Positions 61,559 to 64,000 of a DNA stretch of 64,000 nt are shown piece after piece. Below the pieces are notes generated by a model. The model was given only the letters and a program-made list of their open reading frames with translations, was not told the origin of the DNA and did not search any database. The translations under genes were made by a program, and so were the position numbers. The DNA is taken from positions 1 through 64,000 of the IMG/VR virus record IMGVR_UViG_3300025718_000001. One strand, given 5' to 3'. Origin of the DNA: a virus. The first letter of the stretch is position 1; every line of letters begins with the position of its first letter.

Positions 61559-63258
61559 CTCATTTCACTCCCGATATCGTATTCTGCGCGAAGGCTGATA
61601 ACGCTCATTCCCTCGTCTAATACGTTATTCCTGAACCTAAATTGAAAATAGTTAGCCCTTTTAGACATTCGCTTCCGCTTTAACACAGGGAAGAATGAGG
61701 TACTAAATGTAAAACCTACGAAGTTAAAGCCAACAAAGCTAAATGCGTTTGTTGCCATATTCAGCACTACAACTCCATTTGACTGACGAGAACGGATAGA
61801 TACTTCTGTCGAACCGCGAGTCATAGGCTTTGCTTCTAAATCAATTCGATTAATTACCTTAATTCTGTTTGGACTACCTGCTGATTCTTCGCGCGTGTCG
61901 TACCAAGCGTCAATAGCCGAACCATCATCGTTAGCAATAGTTTGGTCGAATTGATAAACTATTCCGTCTGTATTACTTCCGAAACAAAGCGTTCCATCGA
62001 TTACAGCAAAGCAGGATGCAGGAATATTTGTATCAAATAGCCAAGCGTTTGTTTTGTAATCCCAAACATAGGCACAATCATTAACACACAACCCATAGTA
62101 TCCATCAAAGTTGTATGATACTGCGGTTTGAAGATTAGCCTGTCGAAGTAATCCAAGGTCTTGCCGTTCAACTCCACCCCTGTCGATTAGGTCAGAAACA
62201 TCATTCACGGATAGACGATTATTGACGGTTGTGTTCGATAGGACTTGTAGCACTCCGTTGACCGTAGAAGCGCATACAACCGTGTTATCGACCTCTTGGA
62301 TACTTCCTGGTATATCTGTACCCTTTTCTGAATTAATCTCGCTGTAGGGGAATATAGGGTATTTGGTTCCATCTAAATAAGAAAGGAATCCATGCCCCTT
62401 CGAGTGCGAAACATAAAGTAGATCAAAGATATGAGCTAATCCTGCGACATTACCAGGTACTTTTTGTAGGGCATCGTCAGGGAAATAATTAGCAGAAGGC
62501 ATTTCTCCATACAACCGAGAGCGCCAAATTACATCAGGGAAGTTGGGGTTTCCGGAAAGGAACACAGTTGATTCCGATTTTCCTCCAAACACCTCAGCTA
62601 TAGTACAATTACGGATATACTCAGGATGCGTCAGAGATGCCTTGAAAGCAGTTATGACAACATTGTCTGTCCCTAGAGCAGGGGAGGCAACAAAAGTTAC
62701 TACTCCTGTCGTGAAGTTAACGGTATAATCCGTAGTCAGTTCTTTTACAAAGCCATTTATCTCCACAATTATAGGAGTTGTGTCTAGATGAGTATGGGGT
62801 AATGTATAGGCCGTTGCCGATCCTGTACCGCTAAATGATGTTTTAAATCCAGCAGACAATAGGTTGAAAGATTCATTCACTGTACCTGAGTTTGGTACTC
62901 CGGTTGGACTTCTTCCGATGAGTATTAGCGGGTTATAGCCAACAACATCCACTCCGTCCGAATCCATGTAATTAGTTCCATTTAACAAATAAAGGGTATC
63001 GGAAAGCGTAAAAAAAGTAGCCTTAGCATTTGCTAGGCCACTTCGCACCAATATTGGCTGATTATTAGAAGTTTGAGAGTAAAGTTTATTACTATGAGCT
63101 ATAGCCCTTATTTCTACCCCATTTGCCTTAACATAAGGGAAAACTCCGTTGATCTTTCCAGAACCGAGGGATGTGGGGAATAGTCTACGATAACCAGGAC
63201 GCTTACCTATACTGCCATCACGAATACGAATATTTTGACACTCAGGGGTGAATTTCAT
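61555..63258 (-). CDS. large virion/tail structural protein (567 aa or more); start probably upstream at ATC 63363
   Basis: The first ATG has no SD. There are 38 in-frame sense codons upstream, and GAGGGG plus 8 nt precedes an in-frame ATC. Confidence 0.55.
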   Translation of the reverse strand: MKFTPECQNIRIRDGSIGKRPGYRRLFPTSLGSGKINGVFPYVKANGVEIRAIAHSNKLYSQTSNNQPILVRSGLANAKATFFTLSDTLYLLNGTNYMDSDGVDVVGYNPLILIGRSPTGVPNSGTVNESFNLLSAGFKTSFSGTGSATAYTLPHTHLDTTPIIVEINGFVKELTTDYTVNFTTGVVTFVASPALGTDNVVITAFKASLTHPEYIRNCTIAEVFGGKSESTVFLSGNPNFPDVIWRSRLYGEMPSANYFPDDALQKVPGNVAGLAHIFDLLYVSHSKGHGFLSYLDGTKYPIFPYSEINSEKGTDIPGSIQEVDNTVVCASTVNGVLQVLSNTTVNNRLSVNDVSDLIDRGGVERQDLGLLRQANLQTAVSYNFDGYYGLCVNDCAYVWDYKTNAWLFDTNIPASCFAVIDGTLCFGSNTDGIVYQFDQTIANDDGSAIDAWYDTREESAGSPNRIKVINRIDLEAKPMTRGSTEVSIRSRQSNGVVVLNMATNAFSFVGFNFVGFTFSTSFFPVLKRKRMSKRANYFQFRFRNNVLDEGMSVISLRAEYDIGSEMR

Positions 63259-63367
63259 TGGCAGAAGGGATGCGTTGTTTTTATAGTCTAATCCCCCCGA
63301 AAAGTCTTGATAAATAATTTCCTTAGTAGAATTCTTAAACGAACCAACCTTTATTTGCGCGATATCA

Positions 63368-63985
63368 TCATCCCCTCATAATAATTCTTATTTGCAAGTA
63401 CCTTTTATCGGTTGTTAAATTAGTCACCTGCGTCCATGTTTTGGCATCTGCACTGACAAAATAATGAACCTCATATTGTTGAGCAACTAAAGTAGGCAAT
63501 GACTGAATCTCAACATCTATTAAATCAGGAATTTGGAGAGTCTTATAGGAACGAGATACAGGATCATCAACAGCGATAAAATGAATCATACCCTCATTCG
63601 TAATTGCTTCATACGTCTGAGAATCTAGTTGAGTAAAAGGGGTAATAAGAGTTGTCCCAACTTGTGGTATTGAGTAATCAGAAAGTAGCCAATCCAAGGA
63701 TTTAGACTCCACGGCATAGTTATAGCATAGGGAATCAATGCCTAACCCAACGGATAGGATATAAGCATTAATTAAGTCCGTAGGGTCACTTAACAGAGTT
63801 GCGGAGAAAGCATAAGCCATTCCGCATACTTTTACTCCTATTGACTTAGCTAATTCTACCGTCTGTACGTATTTGTTAAATGAGTTTATAAATCCACCTT
63901 CGGGAACTCCCGCATATGCTCCAACGCCATCATTAGTCCCTCTAATATAGTAGGACTCTAAGAGTACCCAATCGTCTGTTCCCAT
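63368..63985 (-). CDS. hypothetical virion-module protein (205 aa; could start beyond the window)
   Basis: The frame stays open through 64000. GAGGG lies 10 nt upstream of the ATG at 63985. Confidence 0.5.
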   Translation of the reverse strand: MGTDDWVLLESYYIRGTNDGVGAYAGVPEGGFINSFNKYVQTVELAKSIGVKVCGMAYAFSATLLSDPTDLINAYILSVGLGIDSLCYNYAVESKSLDWLLSDYSIPQVGTTLITPFTQLDSQTYEAITNEGMIHFIAVDDPVSRSYKTLQIPDLIDVEIQSLPTLVAQQYEVHYFVSADAKTWTQVTNLTTDKRYLQIRIIMRG

Positions 63986-64000
63986 CGATACAGGACCCTC

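Noticed and set aside
1-64000. tRNA, rRNA, tmRNA, reverse transcriptase (retron/DGR) or integrase genes
   Set aside because: I looked for T-loop or cloverleaf-like sequences, RT motifs and recombinase-sized ORFs and found none by eye. tRNAscan or Infernal should confirm this.

Overview
Almost the whole window is a densely packed temperate phage or phage-plasmid genome, probably from a spore-forming Bacillota host; that host guess rests on Spo0A-, AbrB-, XkdX-, XhlA-, YopX- and ArpU-type genes. Most genes are on the minus strand. Left to right: a head and packaging module (1-11432) with terS, terL, portal, scaffold and major capsid; an opposite-strand accessory island (11780-15458); a long early/replication/recombination operon (15802-37701) with a late activator, MazG, RuvC, SSB, DnaB, a DnaD-like organiser, RecT and an SMC-like ATPase; a cI/cro-type switch (37504-38334); a plus-strand plasmid-like module (38999-45486) with a lambda-O-like initiator, iterons, DnaA boxes, an FtsK-like ATPase, a Replic_Relax-like protein and an M23 peptidase, interrupted by tnpB; a second leftward accessory operon (45539-49697); a lysis cassette (49821-51302); an HNH/moron island (51521-53232); and virion/tail genes (53233-63985). 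I saw no integrase, tRNA, rRNA or CRISPR array. The main leads are the plasmid/transfer-like module, a structured RNA at 37193-37490, standalone Spo0A effector-domain and RpoA alpha-CTD homologues, a radical-SAM/methyltransferase/PP-loop cluster, several disrupted genes and two possible AUC starts. All functions are inferred by eye from motifs and gene order; no searches were run.
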